Position numbers and translations under genes: made by a program
Notes under the pieces: generated by a model
Seen by the model: only the letters and a program-made list of their open reading frames with translations
Told to the model about the DNA's origin: nothing
The model's database searches: none
IMG/VR virus record: IMGVR_UViG_3300032282_003039
Span: 1 to 36,462 of that record
Length of the DNA: 36,462 nt
Direction: 5' to 3' (one strand)
From: an uncultured virus (IMG/VR IMGVR_UViG_3300032282_003039)
Shown here: positions 24,686-33,953 of the stretch, in pieces
Layout of the letters: each line of letters begins with the position of its first letter
How positions within the stretch are numbered: the first letter of the stretch is position 1

Positions 24686-25603
24686 ATGGCAACCCCAATG
24701 AGAAGTACAGACTTTCGTGCGGTAGTCGAACCGATTATCAACGAAGTCTTTGATGGCGTTTATGAACAACGCTCTGACGAGTGGAAAGGATTTGTAGAAC
24801 AGATCCAAGGTATTCCACGCAACTACCACGAAGAGGTAATGCTCTTTGGTATGAACGCAGCTCCTGCAATGCCTGACGGCACTCCAGTTAGCTACGATCA
24901 AGGTGGTACGCTGTATATTACCCGTTTCATCTATCAAATCTATGGCTTGGCATATGCTTTGACCAAAGTGTTGATGGAAGACGGCGATCACATCCGTATC
25001 GGCTCAACCTTCGCTAAGCACTTAGCTCAGTCGATGATTGAAACCAAAGAAACATTGTGCGCTAACTTATTAAACTTTGCATTTACCGCTGGCTATACTG
25101 GTGGTGACGGCGTAACTTTAATTAACACGGCTCACCCCATCGCTAACGGCGCAAGCTACAGCAACAAGCTGACTACTCCTGCCTCATTGTCGCAGACTTC
25201 TGTTGAGCAAATGCTCATTCAGATCCGTTCTGCAATCGACAACAACGGTAAGCGTATCCGCCTAAAGGCTGAGCAATTGGTTGTTCCTCCAGCACTCGAG
25301 TTCCAATCAGAAGTAATTCTGAAGTCGGTACTCCGTTCTGGTACGGCCGATAACGATCTAAACCCAATCAAGTCGACTGGCATGCTGCCCAAGGGTACAC
25401 ACGTTGTAACCCGTTTGAGCTCATCCAAGGCATGGTGGGTACAGACCGACGCTGAAAATGGTCTCATGCTCGTAATGCGCCGTCCAATGGAGAAATCCAT
25501 GGAAGGTGACTTCGAGACTGATTCTATGCGTTACAAGGCTACCGAGCGCTATGCGACCGGCTGGCACGACGCACGTAACATTTTTGGTACTCAAGGCGTT
25601 TAA
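24686..25603 (+). CDS. major capsid protein (HK97 fold, Mu gpT-like)
   Basis: GGDGV.L...AHP; LVVPPALEF; EGDFETDSMRYKATERY..GW.D.R.IFG; followed by a strong terminator. Confidence 0.88.
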   Translation: MATPMRSTDFRAVVEPIINEVFDGVYEQRSDEWKGFVEQIQGIPRNYHEEVMLFGMNAAPAMPDGTPVSYDQGGTLYITRFIYQIYGLAYALTKVLMEDGDHIRIGSTFAKHLAQSMIETKETLCANLLNFAFTAGYTGGDGVTLINTAHPIANGASYSNKLTTPASLSQTSVEQMLIQIRSAIDNNGKRIRLKAEQLVVPPALEFQSEVILKSVLRSGTADNDLNPIKSTGMLPKGTHVVTRLSSSKAWWVQTDAENGLMLVMRRPMEKSMEGDFETDSMRYKATERYATGWHDARNIFGTQGV

Positions 25604-25622
25604 GCAATACCTTAGTAGTCCT

Positions 25623-25651
25623 AAAAGCCACCCCACAAGGGTGGCTTTTTT
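25623..25651 (+). terminator. Rho-independent terminator after the capsid gene (possibly bidirectional)
   Basis: AAAAGCCACCC-cacaa-GGGTGGCTTTTTT. Confidence 0.88.
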
Positions 25652-25659
25652 ACTTTTAG

Positions 25660-25689
25660 GGCGGATTTACCTAAATATTTGCATTAGTA
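25660..25689 (+). promoter_or_regulatory. putative phage late promoter
   Basis: GGCGGA-N15-GCATTAGTA immediately after the terminator. Confidence 0.8.
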
Positions 25690-25695
25690 GTATTA

Positions 25696-25770
25696 GGAAG
25701 ATTAATCCCATTCTGATTGCCGTCCCTTCCCGGCACTACGACTCAGAGACAGCTTGGGATACCCACTGAG
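25696..25770 (+). ncRNA. candidate structured 5' leader RNA
   Basis: Nested stems ATCCCA/TGGGAT, TCTGA/TCAGA and TGCCG/CGGCA, plus a possible GGAAG/CTTCC pseudoknot. Confidence 0.4.
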
Positions 25771-25786
25771 ATAAGGAAACAACACA

Positions 25787-26245
25787 ATGTCTAGCACATT
25801 TTCAGCACCAATTCGAGTAAACACTCGTCAAACTACCAGCAACGACGGCACAATTTCAGCCGATAACACTGGTGCAGCAGTATTAACTCAACAAGTTGCT
25901 TTTACTTCTAGCAATACCGCGTCTGTAGTAATCCCCGCTGGTTCAATCATTCATTTCATCCAAGGTTATGTTAATGATGCAGCAACTAGCCGTACCCTCA
26001 GTTTAACTGTAAATGGCGTAACTACATCAATTGGAACATTGTCTACAACCCCTTTAGGATTAAAAAGCGCAACTATTACTCAATCAAATGCTGTAGCTGA
26101 TTTATTAGCAAACGTTGGTCCGTATAATTGCACAGTTAATTTGGGATCTGAAGCTGGTTCCGCTGGCACTTTATCTGTAATGTATACAGCACGCAATGCT
26201 GATGGCACAATTGCTCCTTACGGTTCTGGCTACACAAATAACTAA
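25787..26245 (+). CDS. probable virion structural protein
   Basis: T/S/A/G-rich, 152 aa; follows the capsid gene; SD AAGGA. Confidence 0.7.
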   Translation: MSSTFSAPIRVNTRQTTSNDGTISADNTGAAVLTQQVAFTSSNTASVVIPAGSIIHFIQGYVNDAATSRTLSLTVNGVTTSIGTLSTTPLGLKSATITQSNAVADLLANVGPYNCTVNLGSEAGSAGTLSVMYTARNADGTIAPYGSGYTNN

Positions 26246-26258
26246 TTAGAGGCCTATC

Positions 26259-26576
26259 ATGCGTCAAGTAACAGTGACGGCCGATATTGCTGGGGATGAT
26301 GATAAGTTTAACACTCTTCCAGTAATACTCGACCAGTATATTGCTCCGTTTCAAGTTTCATATTTGTCTAGCGACGATGGCACAGTAGAAGTAACTTTTA
26401 CCGATCCATATCCTGTAGTCAACCAAAATTTTATTGAAGCGACTTATGATTGGATGACTGCTGATACTAACTATCCCAACGCTGGAAATTTTTTAGGACA
26501 GCCAGTTCGTGCAATTCGTTTAAAAAACGCAACCGAAGGTACGACACTTACAGTAATACAAGCCGGAGTTAAGTAA
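26259..26576 (+). CDS. probable virion structural protein
   Basis: 105 aa; PVRAIRL...LTVIQAG C-terminus. Confidence 0.7.
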   Translation: MRQVTVTADIAGDDDKFNTLPVILDQYIAPFQVSYLSSDDGTVEVTFTDPYPVVNQNFIEATYDWMTADTNYPNAGNFLGQPVRAIRLKNATEGTTLTVIQAGVK

Positions 26577-27199
26577 TGTCTGTGTACCTCGACACTCGAG
26601 GTAATTCTGTACTTTCTGTTGCGGTGTGTGATCGCTGCAACAGAAAGTTCCCTTATGTCGACCTCATGCCAGACCCTAATTTTCCTGGCATGCGGGTTTG
26701 CAAGGACGACCTAGATAACTTTGATCCGTGGCGTTTACCAGCACGGCAAACAGAAAACATTGCACTGCGTTTTCCACGACCAGACATATCGATTGCCACG
26801 GGACCTATTGGCGGCAATCAGATTATGACAGAAAATGGTTTTCAAACTGGCAACTCCATGTTTATTGAAGGTGTGTCGCCATTTGAAGGAAACACACAGG
26901 GCGATCTAAATACAAACAGCAACGTGGTACCGTCACCGATGGTATTGAATCCGTATGTTTACACGGTAACGCCAAACACAGGAAGTCAAGCTGGCGGATT
27001 ATCCGTTACTATTATTGGCGCTAACTTTACAAGCGTTACCACCGTTAAATTTGGTGGAGCAATTGCGTCATTCACGTTAGTTGACTCAACCACAATTACC
27101 GCAATAACCCCCGTGTTCCCAGTAACTGGAATTGTGGATGTGTCCGCAATATCTCCGTTTGGTACTGGAACATCGCACGGTGCGTTTACATATACATAA
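26576..27199 (+). CDS. Cys-motif N-terminal domain fused to an IPT/TIG Ig-like domain
   Basis: AVCDRC...RVC..D.D..DP...RP domain; VTPNTG..AGG..VTI.GANFT..T.VKFG...DST.ITA.TP (IPT/TIG). Confidence 0.8.
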   Translation: MSVYLDTRGNSVLSVAVCDRCNRKFPYVDLMPDPNFPGMRVCKDDLDNFDPWRLPARQTENIALRFPRPDISIATGPIGGNQIMTENGFQTGNSMFIEGVSPFEGNTQGDLNTNSNVVPSPMVLNPYVYTVTPNTGSQAGGLSVTIIGANFTSVTTVKFGGAIASFTLVDSTTITAITPVFPVTGIVDVSAISPFGTGTSHGAFTYT

Positions 27200-27202
27200 A
27201 AA

Positions 27203-30200
27203 ATGGCCGATCAATCAATAACACAACTGCCCATTGCCACAGCCCTAACGGGTGATGAGCAAGTTCCAGTTGTACAACATGGTGTAACAAAGCAGGCGTC
27301 TGTATCACAGATCGCCAATGCCGCATCACCTGGAAAACTGATTACCAACATAACATATAATTCAGCAACGGGTTATTTAACAATTTACTATAGTGACGGA
27401 TCCACAGAAGTCGTTGGCCCTGTTTCTGGTTGGTCTGGTTATTCGGGTTTATCTGGCTACAGCGGCATTTCTGGTTTTAGTGGTATATCTGGTTTTAGTG
27501 GTATATCTGGTTTTAGTGGTATATCTGGCTACAGCGGATCGGGTGTGTCAGGCTACAGCGGTTCTGGAAAATCTGGGTTTTCTGGCAAATCTGGTTTCAG
27601 CGGAAAATCTGGTTTTAGTGGATTTTCTGGTGTATCCTCACCAAATGCAGTAACTAATCCTTCAACTTCAACCGATAATGCCATTGCTAGATTTGATGGA
27701 ACCACTGGCAAAATAATTCAAAATTCATTAGTAATAATTGATGATGATGGAAGTGTTAATGTAGGAACTAACTCTGGAACAGGATCAAATTCAAATATTA
27801 ATATTGAAGGTAATGGCACTGGACTTAATTTTGGATACCCGTCTTTATTAAACATAATTCAAAAAGATGATAATCCTTGGGCATTTACAATCCAAAATGA
27901 TTCCGCGCCAGCGGCTACAAAAGGCGGTTTATTTTATGTTGCTAATAATGGTGCTTTTTATTTTTCAGTTGGTAATACTTCAGCACCAAATGATTATTAT
28001 ACAAATTTAAGACTTAATACGGATGGATCATTAACATTAGTTGGTGGCGCAAGTATTAGAAATCCTATAAATTCGGATTCATTTGCTATTGGTAGTGATG
28101 CTGGTCTAATTTCTCAGGGTGATAACGCTGTAGCCATTGGTGCGGGCGCTGGTTATGATAATCAAGGTGATAACGCTGTAGCCATTGGTTATGGTGCTGG
28201 TTATACTAATCAACCAGCCAATTCAATTATTATTAACGCTTTTAATACAATCCTTGACGGAACAAACGCTGGTTTATACATTGAACCAGTTCGTAACGAC
28301 AATGCTAATGTAACCAATGCAATTTTTTACGACACAACCACTAAAGAATTAACCTATGCCGCAATCAGCGGAACATCTGGAGAAAGCGGTTATAGCGGAT
28401 ATTCTGGTTTCTCAGGATTAGGTTTAAGTGGATATTCTGGATTTAGCGGTCAAAATGGTTTGTCAGGCTTTAGTGGGCAAAACGGAGTATCTGGCATATC
28501 AGGATTTTCGGGAAGTGGGATTTCGGGTTACTCAGGTAGTGGAATAAGTGGGTATAGCGGATCAGGCATAAGCGGATATTCAGGCGCACAAGGCACAAGC
28601 GGATATAGCGGAAAAAGCGGTTATTCAGGTCAATCAGGTCAGGCTGGTGCTGGTGGTATTCAAGCATTATGGGGTTCATTTTGGGATACGACTACACAAA
28701 CTGCGGCATCAATTAATACTGCTTATCCAATAACTTTTAATTCCAATGATCCATCTAATTTTGGAGTATCTATTGGATCACCAACATCAAAAATTGTTGT
28801 GGCAAGTGCTGGTGTTTATAATATTCAATTTTCTGCACAAATAGATCACACAAGTGGCGGTGGTTCAGGCGAAACTATTAATTTTTGGTTACGAGTTAAT
28901 GGAACAAATGTTTCTGATTCTAATGGTAGAGTAGTTGTAACTTCTGCAACAAAATATGGGTTGCCAGCATGGAATTATGTATTAACATTAAATACAAACG
29001 ATTACATTGAATTAGTTTGGGATACTAATACAACTGCAATTCAACTTGCTACTTTATCTGCTTCTGGCGCACAACCATTAACTCCAAGTGTTATTTTAAC
29101 TGTTACACAAGTAACCTATACTCAATCGGGTTATAGCGGTGTAAGTGGGTGGTCTGGATTCTCAGGATCAGGAATTAGCGGTTTCTCAGGCATATCAGGT
29201 TATAGCGGATCGGGAATATCAGGCTATTCGGGATCAGGTATTTCAGGCTACTCAGGGATTAGCGGTTACTCTGGGTACAGCGGTGAAACCCCAGCCAGCA
29301 CAACATTTTTAGCGTCATCTATTGCATTAGACCCTAACTACGGTACTTATGTTTCTGGAACGCTATACGGCATTCAAGTGTTTGGTGACTACAGCACCTC
29401 TGCGGGTTATTACGCATGGAACGATACAGCAACCACTCCAGGGTTCATTGCGTATATTGACTTTACAAGCGTAACCCAATTTAATCAAATTCAAATGAAC
29501 GTGTTGTATACCAACACTTCAAACCATACTGTATATGTTGATCTTTACAACAACAATACAGCGGCATGGGATACGTTTGGATTTTATAACGGCTTAAACG
29601 GCTGGACACAATTTAGCTATGAAGTTATTTCTGGGCTACCTTATTTATCTGGCGGCAATGTGCAAGCTCGTTTGTATCATCAAACAAGCGGCAACCCAGC
29701 CCATTTAACTCAGTTAGATTACTTTGTGCTTGTTGATGCTATTGGCGGCGCACAAGGTCCACGGGGACAAAGCGGTTACTCAGGAAAATCTGGATACAGC
29801 GGAATCTCAGGTTTCAGCGGATATTCTGGTTCTGGGATTAGTGGATATAGCGGCTCTGGAATCTCGGGATATAGCGGATCTGGGGTTAGTGGTTACAGCG
29901 GTTCAGGCGTAAGCGGATTTAGCGGCTACTCTGGATCGGGGGTAAGCGGTTACTCTGGTAGCGGTGTCAGCGGATACTCTGGACTTAGCGGGTTCTCTGG
30001 TTACTCTGGAAGTGGAATATCTGGTTATTCTGGAATTTCTGGTTATAGCGGATTTAGTGGATATTCAGGTTCGGGCATTTCTGGTTATAGCGGATCGGGA
30101 ATATCAGGTTATTCTGGATCGGGCATAAGCGGATATAGTGGTTACTCTGGAAGTGGAATATCTGGTTATTCTGGCAGATCGGGTTATTCAGGATCGGGTA

Positions 30201-31231
30201 TCTCTGGATATTCGGGTTCTGGAATTAGCGGTTATTCAGGCTCAGGAATTTCTGGGTATAGTGGATATTCTGGATCAGGTATTTCTGGCTATTCAGGAAG
30301 TGGTATTTCTGGCTATAGTGGCTCTGGAATATCGGGGTATAGTGGTTATTCTGGTTCAGGAATTTCTGGATACTCTGGTGTATCGGGTTATTCAGGTAGC
30401 GGAATATCAGGATATTCAGGTTCTGGTATATCTGGTTATAGTGGGTCTGGCATAAGTGGGTATAGTGGAATAAGTGGTTATTCTGGAAGTGGCATAAGTG
30501 GTTATAGCGGAATTAGCGGCTATTCAGGATCGGGCATCTCTGGTTATAGCGGATCAGGAATTAGTGGTTATTCTGGTAGCGGAATTAGTGGTTACTCTGG
30601 CTATTCTGGATTAGGACTTTCTGGGTATAGCGGTTATTCAGGAAGTGGAATTAGTGGTTATAGCGGAAGCGGAATTTCAGGCTATTCTGGTAGTGGCATA
30701 AGTGGTTACTCTGGCTCAGGAATAAGCGGTTATTCTGGTTCGGGCATATCAGGGTATTCTGGAAGTGGCATAAGCGGCTACTCTGGCATCTCAGGATTTA
30801 GCGGGACAGTAGGCGCAGAAATGTTAGCGGCTAATGCTTACACTAATGCCACAACATCATTTACTGATATTACTGGTTTAACAAAGTCATTAACTGCTGG
30901 CACATATAGTTTTGTAGTTGAATTGGCTGGTCAATCTTCTTCAAATGCTGGCGCACAATTTACAGTAAACTTTTCTGGAACTGCTACTGTTGAATGGATA
31001 CAAACTGCACAGGCTTCTGGAACAACTTTAGTAGCAACTAGCCGACAAACAACTTTAAATAGTATTGGTACTACTTGCTGGACAACAGCCAACACAGAGG
31101 TGTATGCTAGACTATTTGGTGAAATTGTTGTAACTGCTACTGGAACATTTGCAGTAAGAGGTTTAAAAGTAACTAGCGGAACATTAACTGTTCGTGCCTG
31201 TTCATTAGTAATCATTGACCAGACGGCATAA
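27203..31231 (+). CDS. large fibre/surface protein with SG(Y/F/I)SG repeat tracts separating globular modules
   Basis: MAD..ITQLP.AT.LTG.E.VPVVQ anchor; four S/G/aromatic repeat tracts; AVAIG.GAG repeats resembling a YadA head. Confidence 0.8.
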   Translation: MADQSITQLPIATALTGDEQVPVVQHGVTKQASVSQIANAASPGKLITNITYNSATGYLTIYYSDGSTEVVGPVSGWSGYSGLSGYSGISGFSGISGFSGISGFSGISGYSGSGVSGYSGSGKSGFSGKSGFSGKSGFSGFSGVSSPNAVTNPSTSTDNAIARFDGTTGKIIQNSLVIIDDDGSVNVGTNSGTGSNSNINIEGNGTGLNFGYPSLLNIIQKDDNPWAFTIQNDSAPAATKGGLFYVANNGAFYFSVGNTSAPNDYYTNLRLNTDGSLTLVGGASIRNPINSDSFAIGSDAGLISQGDNAVAIGAGAGYDNQGDNAVAIGYGAGYTNQPANSIIINAFNTILDGTNAGLYIEPVRNDNANVTNAIFYDTTTKELTYAAISGTSGESGYSGYSGFSGLGLSGYSGFSGQNGLSGFSGQNGVSGISGFSGSGISGYSGSGISGYSGSGISGYSGAQGTSGYSGKSGYSGQSGQAGAGGIQALWGSFWDTTTQTAASINTAYPITFNSNDPSNFGVSIGSPTSKIVVASAGVYNIQFSAQIDHTSGGGSGETINFWLRVNGTNVSDSNGRVVVTSATKYGLPAWNYVLTLNTNDYIELVWDTNTTAIQLATLSASGAQPLTPSVILTVTQVTYTQSGYSGVSGWSGFSGSGISGFSGISGYSGSGISGYSGSGISGYSGISGYSGYSGETPASTTFLASSIALDPNYGTYVSGTLYGIQVFGDYSTSAGYYAWNDTATTPGFIAYIDFTSVTQFNQIQMNVLYTNTSNHTVYVDLYNNNTAAWDTFGFYNGLNGWTQFSYEVISGLPYLSGGNVQARLYHQTSGNPAHLTQLDYFVLVDAIGGAQGPRGQSGYSGKSGYSGISGFSGYSGSGISGYSGSGISGYSGSGVSGYSGSGVSGFSGYSGSGVSGYSGSGVSGYSGLSGFSGYSGSGISGYSGISGYSGFSGYSGSGISGYSGSGISGYSGSGISGYSGYSGSGISGYSGRSGYSGSGISGYSGSGISGYSGSGISGYSGYSGSGISGYSGSGISGYSGSGISGYSGYSGSGISGYSGVSGYSGSGISGYSGSGISGYSGSGISGYSGISGYSGSGISGYSGISGYSGSGISGYSGSGISGYSGSGISGYSGYSGLGLSGYSGYSGSGISGYSGSGISGYSGSGISGYSGSGISGYSGSGISGYSGSGISGYSGISGFSGTVGAEMLAANAYTNATTSFTDITGLTKSLTAGTYSFVVELAGQSSSNAGAQFTVNFSGTATVEWIQTAQASGTTLVATSRQTTLNSIGTTCWTTANTEVYARLFGEIVVTATGTFAVRGLKVTSGTLTVRACSLVIIDQTA

Positions 31232-31280
31232 TATTTAATCGTAGTATAATATAGGTTTGTATAAACCTTGAAAGGTAGAC

Positions 31281-32558
31281 ATGAAGTACAGCATTGTAAT
31301 ACCAACTTACAATAATTGTGAGGCGTACCTTAAACCGTGCATCGACTCAGTTATTAAGTTTACAGATATGGACGACGTGGAGTTAATTGTATCCGCCAAT
31401 GGGTGCACGGACAACACTAAAGCCTACTTAGATTATTTAAAGACGGCCGTGCCGCACCTTAAAGTAATTTGGCATGACAAGGCACTTGGATACTCCAAGG
31501 CAAACAACGTAGCAATTAAAGAGGCAACGTGCGACAAGATTGTGTTGCTTAATAACGATACAGTTTTACTAGAGCAAAACAAAAACGATTGGGTTAATTT
31601 TTTAAGTAAGCCGTTTGATGATCGACCCAACTGCGGAATTACTTGCATTATTAAAGGACACTCCGAGCCAGCAAACAAAATGTTTGCCGTATTTTTCTGT
31701 GTTATGGTCCACAGAAAAGTATTTGACAAGATTGGCTTGCTAAACGAAGAGTACGGCGTAGGCGGCGGTGAGGACACTGAGTTTTCAATTGAAGCTGAGA
31801 ACGCTGGGTTTGAGGTGGTGGAGGTATTTGAAAAGAACTGGGCTGGTAATCAGTACACTGGCTACTTTCCAATCTACCACAAGGGCGAAGGCACTATGCA
31901 CGACGCCAACTTAGTACAAGGCTGGGATAACATCTTCTTGGTAAACTCATTGAAGTTGGCCAAGAAGTATAACTTTGAATGGTACCGCTGGAGATTATCA
32001 AACTTTTGGGAGCGTGCAGTATTTTTAAAGGGCGACACCGTGTACCCGCGCGAGGTGACAAGATACAACTGGGCAGCACAAAATCTGCTCGGTAAAAAGG
32101 TGTTTGAGTTAGGTTGCACCAACGGATACGGCAGACAGTTTTTTCCCGATGACATTGAGTACACTGGCGTTGACTACGACCCGATTATTATTGATGTGGC
32201 CAAAGAGCAAGGCTGGAACGGCACAAACAATACGTTTATTAGCGCCGACATTAACAAGTTTGAGATGGGTCAGTACGACACCATCGTGGCGTTTGAGGTC
32301 ATTGAGCACCTAGACAACGGATTAGAAATTGTTGAAAAATTTAAAAAGCATTGTAAACGTTTGTTAATTACGGTGCCGATGAACGAGCCACCAGGCTTCT
32401 GGGGCCCACATCATAAGCTGCACGGACTAAACGAGCGTCACTTCCCTGGCTTTGAGTTTAACTACATCAACGAGCACGGACAGATTTCGGATACCCCGCA
32501 GAAAATTGATGAAAGTAACCCTTGCAATTTAATGATCTGTCGGTGGACAAATGAGTAA
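31281..32558 (+). CDS. GT2 glycosyltransferase fused to a class I SAM-dependent methyltransferase
   Basis: YSIVIPTYN, NGCTDNT, LLNNDT and GGEDTEF (GT-A); VFELGC..GYG, YTGVD and YDTIVAFEVIEHL (methyltransferase). Confidence 0.88.
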   Translation: MKYSIVIPTYNNCEAYLKPCIDSVIKFTDMDDVELIVSANGCTDNTKAYLDYLKTAVPHLKVIWHDKALGYSKANNVAIKEATCDKIVLLNNDTVLLEQNKNDWVNFLSKPFDDRPNCGITCIIKGHSEPANKMFAVFFCVMVHRKVFDKIGLLNEEYGVGGGEDTEFSIEAENAGFEVVEVFEKNWAGNQYTGYFPIYHKGEGTMHDANLVQGWDNIFLVNSLKLAKKYNFEWYRWRLSNFWERAVFLKGDTVYPREVTRYNWAAQNLLGKKVFELGCTNGYGRQFFPDDIEYTGVDYDPIIIDVAKEQGWNGTNNTFISADINKFEMGQYDTIVAFEVIEHLDNGLEIVEKFKKHCKRLLITVPMNEPPGFWGPHHKLHGLNERHFPGFEFNYINEHGQISDTPQKIDESNPCNLMICRWTNE

Positions 32559-33519
32559 AGTGCTTTGTTCCGTGGCAACACGGGGCAGGTACTTCACAAC
32601 ACTGCCGCTAGTATTAAACGCCGTCATTAATCAGACACGGCCAGTAGACAAGCTGATCGTGTTTGATGATAACGACGAACCAAAAGACATGCGAAAAGAG
32701 ATGATCTATCAGTACTTTTTTCAGATGTTAGACATTAAGGGCATACCGTGGGAGTGGCAGTTTGCTGAGAAAAAAGGCCAGCACCACATACACCAGCGCG
32801 CTAACTTGATGGGCTATGAGTGGGTGTGGCGAGTTGATGACGACGCAATACCAGAGCCAAATGTTTTAGAGAATTTAGTTAAACAGATTGGCGACGATGT
32901 TGGCGCGGTAGGTGGATCGGTGTTAACACCGCCCTACATGCCAGACACTAGTGATGTCAGTGGCACAATTGACAAAATTAATGACGAACCGAATATCCAG
33001 TGGGGAGTAATTAAAGATGTTAAAAATGTTGAGCATTTACATTGCAGTTTTATTTATCGTGCTGGCGTTTGCGATTACAACCTCGGACTTTCTCGAGTCG
33101 CTCACAGAGAAGAAACTTTGTTCACATGGCACTTGCATCGAAAGGGTTATAAGATAATTGTTGTGCCCAACGCAGTTACGTGGCACATGAAGAACCCCGA
33201 GGGTGGTATTCGTAGCGAGACAAAGAAAGAACTGTACGATCACGACGAGTATATATTTAGAAATACATTAGCATATAAAGATAAGACCGTTGTGGTATTA
33301 AATTCTGGTATGGGCGACCATCTAGTGTTTAGCCACATACTGCCAGAAATCAAAAACGCCGAGTTGTTTACGTGCTACCCAGAGATAGTTCCTGGTAAGT
33401 CAATAGCCGAGGCACAGCACTTGTTTGGTGATATTGAACAGTATAATATCTACGGCAAGATGGATCGGTGGAAGTGGAAGGACAGTTTAGAGAATGCGTA
33501 CAGGAAGTTGTACTTATGA
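32551..33519 (+). CDS. GT2-like glycosyltransferase with a C-terminal GT9-like N-lobe
   Basis: V.TRGRY; IVFDD; DxD motif WRVDDD; HREET; C-terminal VVVLNSGMGDHL. Confidence 0.8.
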   Translation: MSKVLCSVATRGRYFTTLPLVLNAVINQTRPVDKLIVFDDNDEPKDMRKEMIYQYFFQMLDIKGIPWEWQFAEKKGQHHIHQRANLMGYEWVWRVDDDAIPEPNVLENLVKQIGDDVGAVGGSVLTPPYMPDTSDVSGTIDKINDEPNIQWGVIKDVKNVEHLHCSFIYRAGVCDYNLGLSRVAHREETLFTWHLHRKGYKIIVVPNAVTWHMKNPEGGIRSETKKELYDHDEYIFRNTLAYKDKTVVVLNSGMGDHLVFSHILPEIKNAELFTCYPEIVPGKSIAEAQHLFGDIEQYNIYGKMDRWKWKDSLENAYRKLYL

Positions 33520-33944
33520 TTATTATATCTCCATACGCAAAAAAGTTAATTAACGGCAAACAAAACCCAAAGAATTACCCGTACTGGGAAGAGCTGATTA
33601 AGTTAATTGACGAGCCAATTATTCAGGTTGGCATAGCGGGCGAAAAGCAGTTAGTCGAAGACTTTAGACACAATTTGCCAATTAGTGAGTTACGAAAGTT
33701 AATTCGTGAGTGCAGGACGTGGATTGGAGTAGATAGTTTTTTTCAGCACTTGTGCTGGGATGAAGGCAAAAAAGGGATTGTCTTGTGGTCGGTATCAGAC
33801 CCATTAATATACGGGCACCCCGAAAACATAAATTTATTAAAAGATCGATCGTGTTTAGTTGAGAATCAATTTCTCTGGTGGGAATTTGTTGAGCACCGAA
33901 ATGATCGATTTGTAAAACCCAAAGAAGTACTACAATATTTATAA
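33516..33944 (+). CDS. GT9 (heptosyltransferase-like) C-terminal nucleotide-sugar-binding lobe
   Basis: IIISPYA...KNYPYW..L; IQVG; EL..LI..C..WIGVDSFFQHL. Start reassigned to ATG 33516 (ATGA overlap). Confidence 0.75.
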   Translation: MIIISPYAKKLINGKQNPKNYPYWEELIKLIDEPIIQVGIAGEKQLVEDFRHNLPISELRKLIRECRTWIGVDSFFQHLCWDEGKKGIVLWSVSDPLIYGHPENINLLKDRSCLVENQFLWWEFVEHRNDRFVKPKEVLQYL

Positions 33945-33953
33945 GGGATAAAC

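Noticed and set aside
31214-31250. sigma70 promoter for the glycosyltransferase cassette
   Set aside because: A TATAAT is present but the nearest TTGACC is about 25 nt upstream and there is no extended -10 TG; too weak to call.
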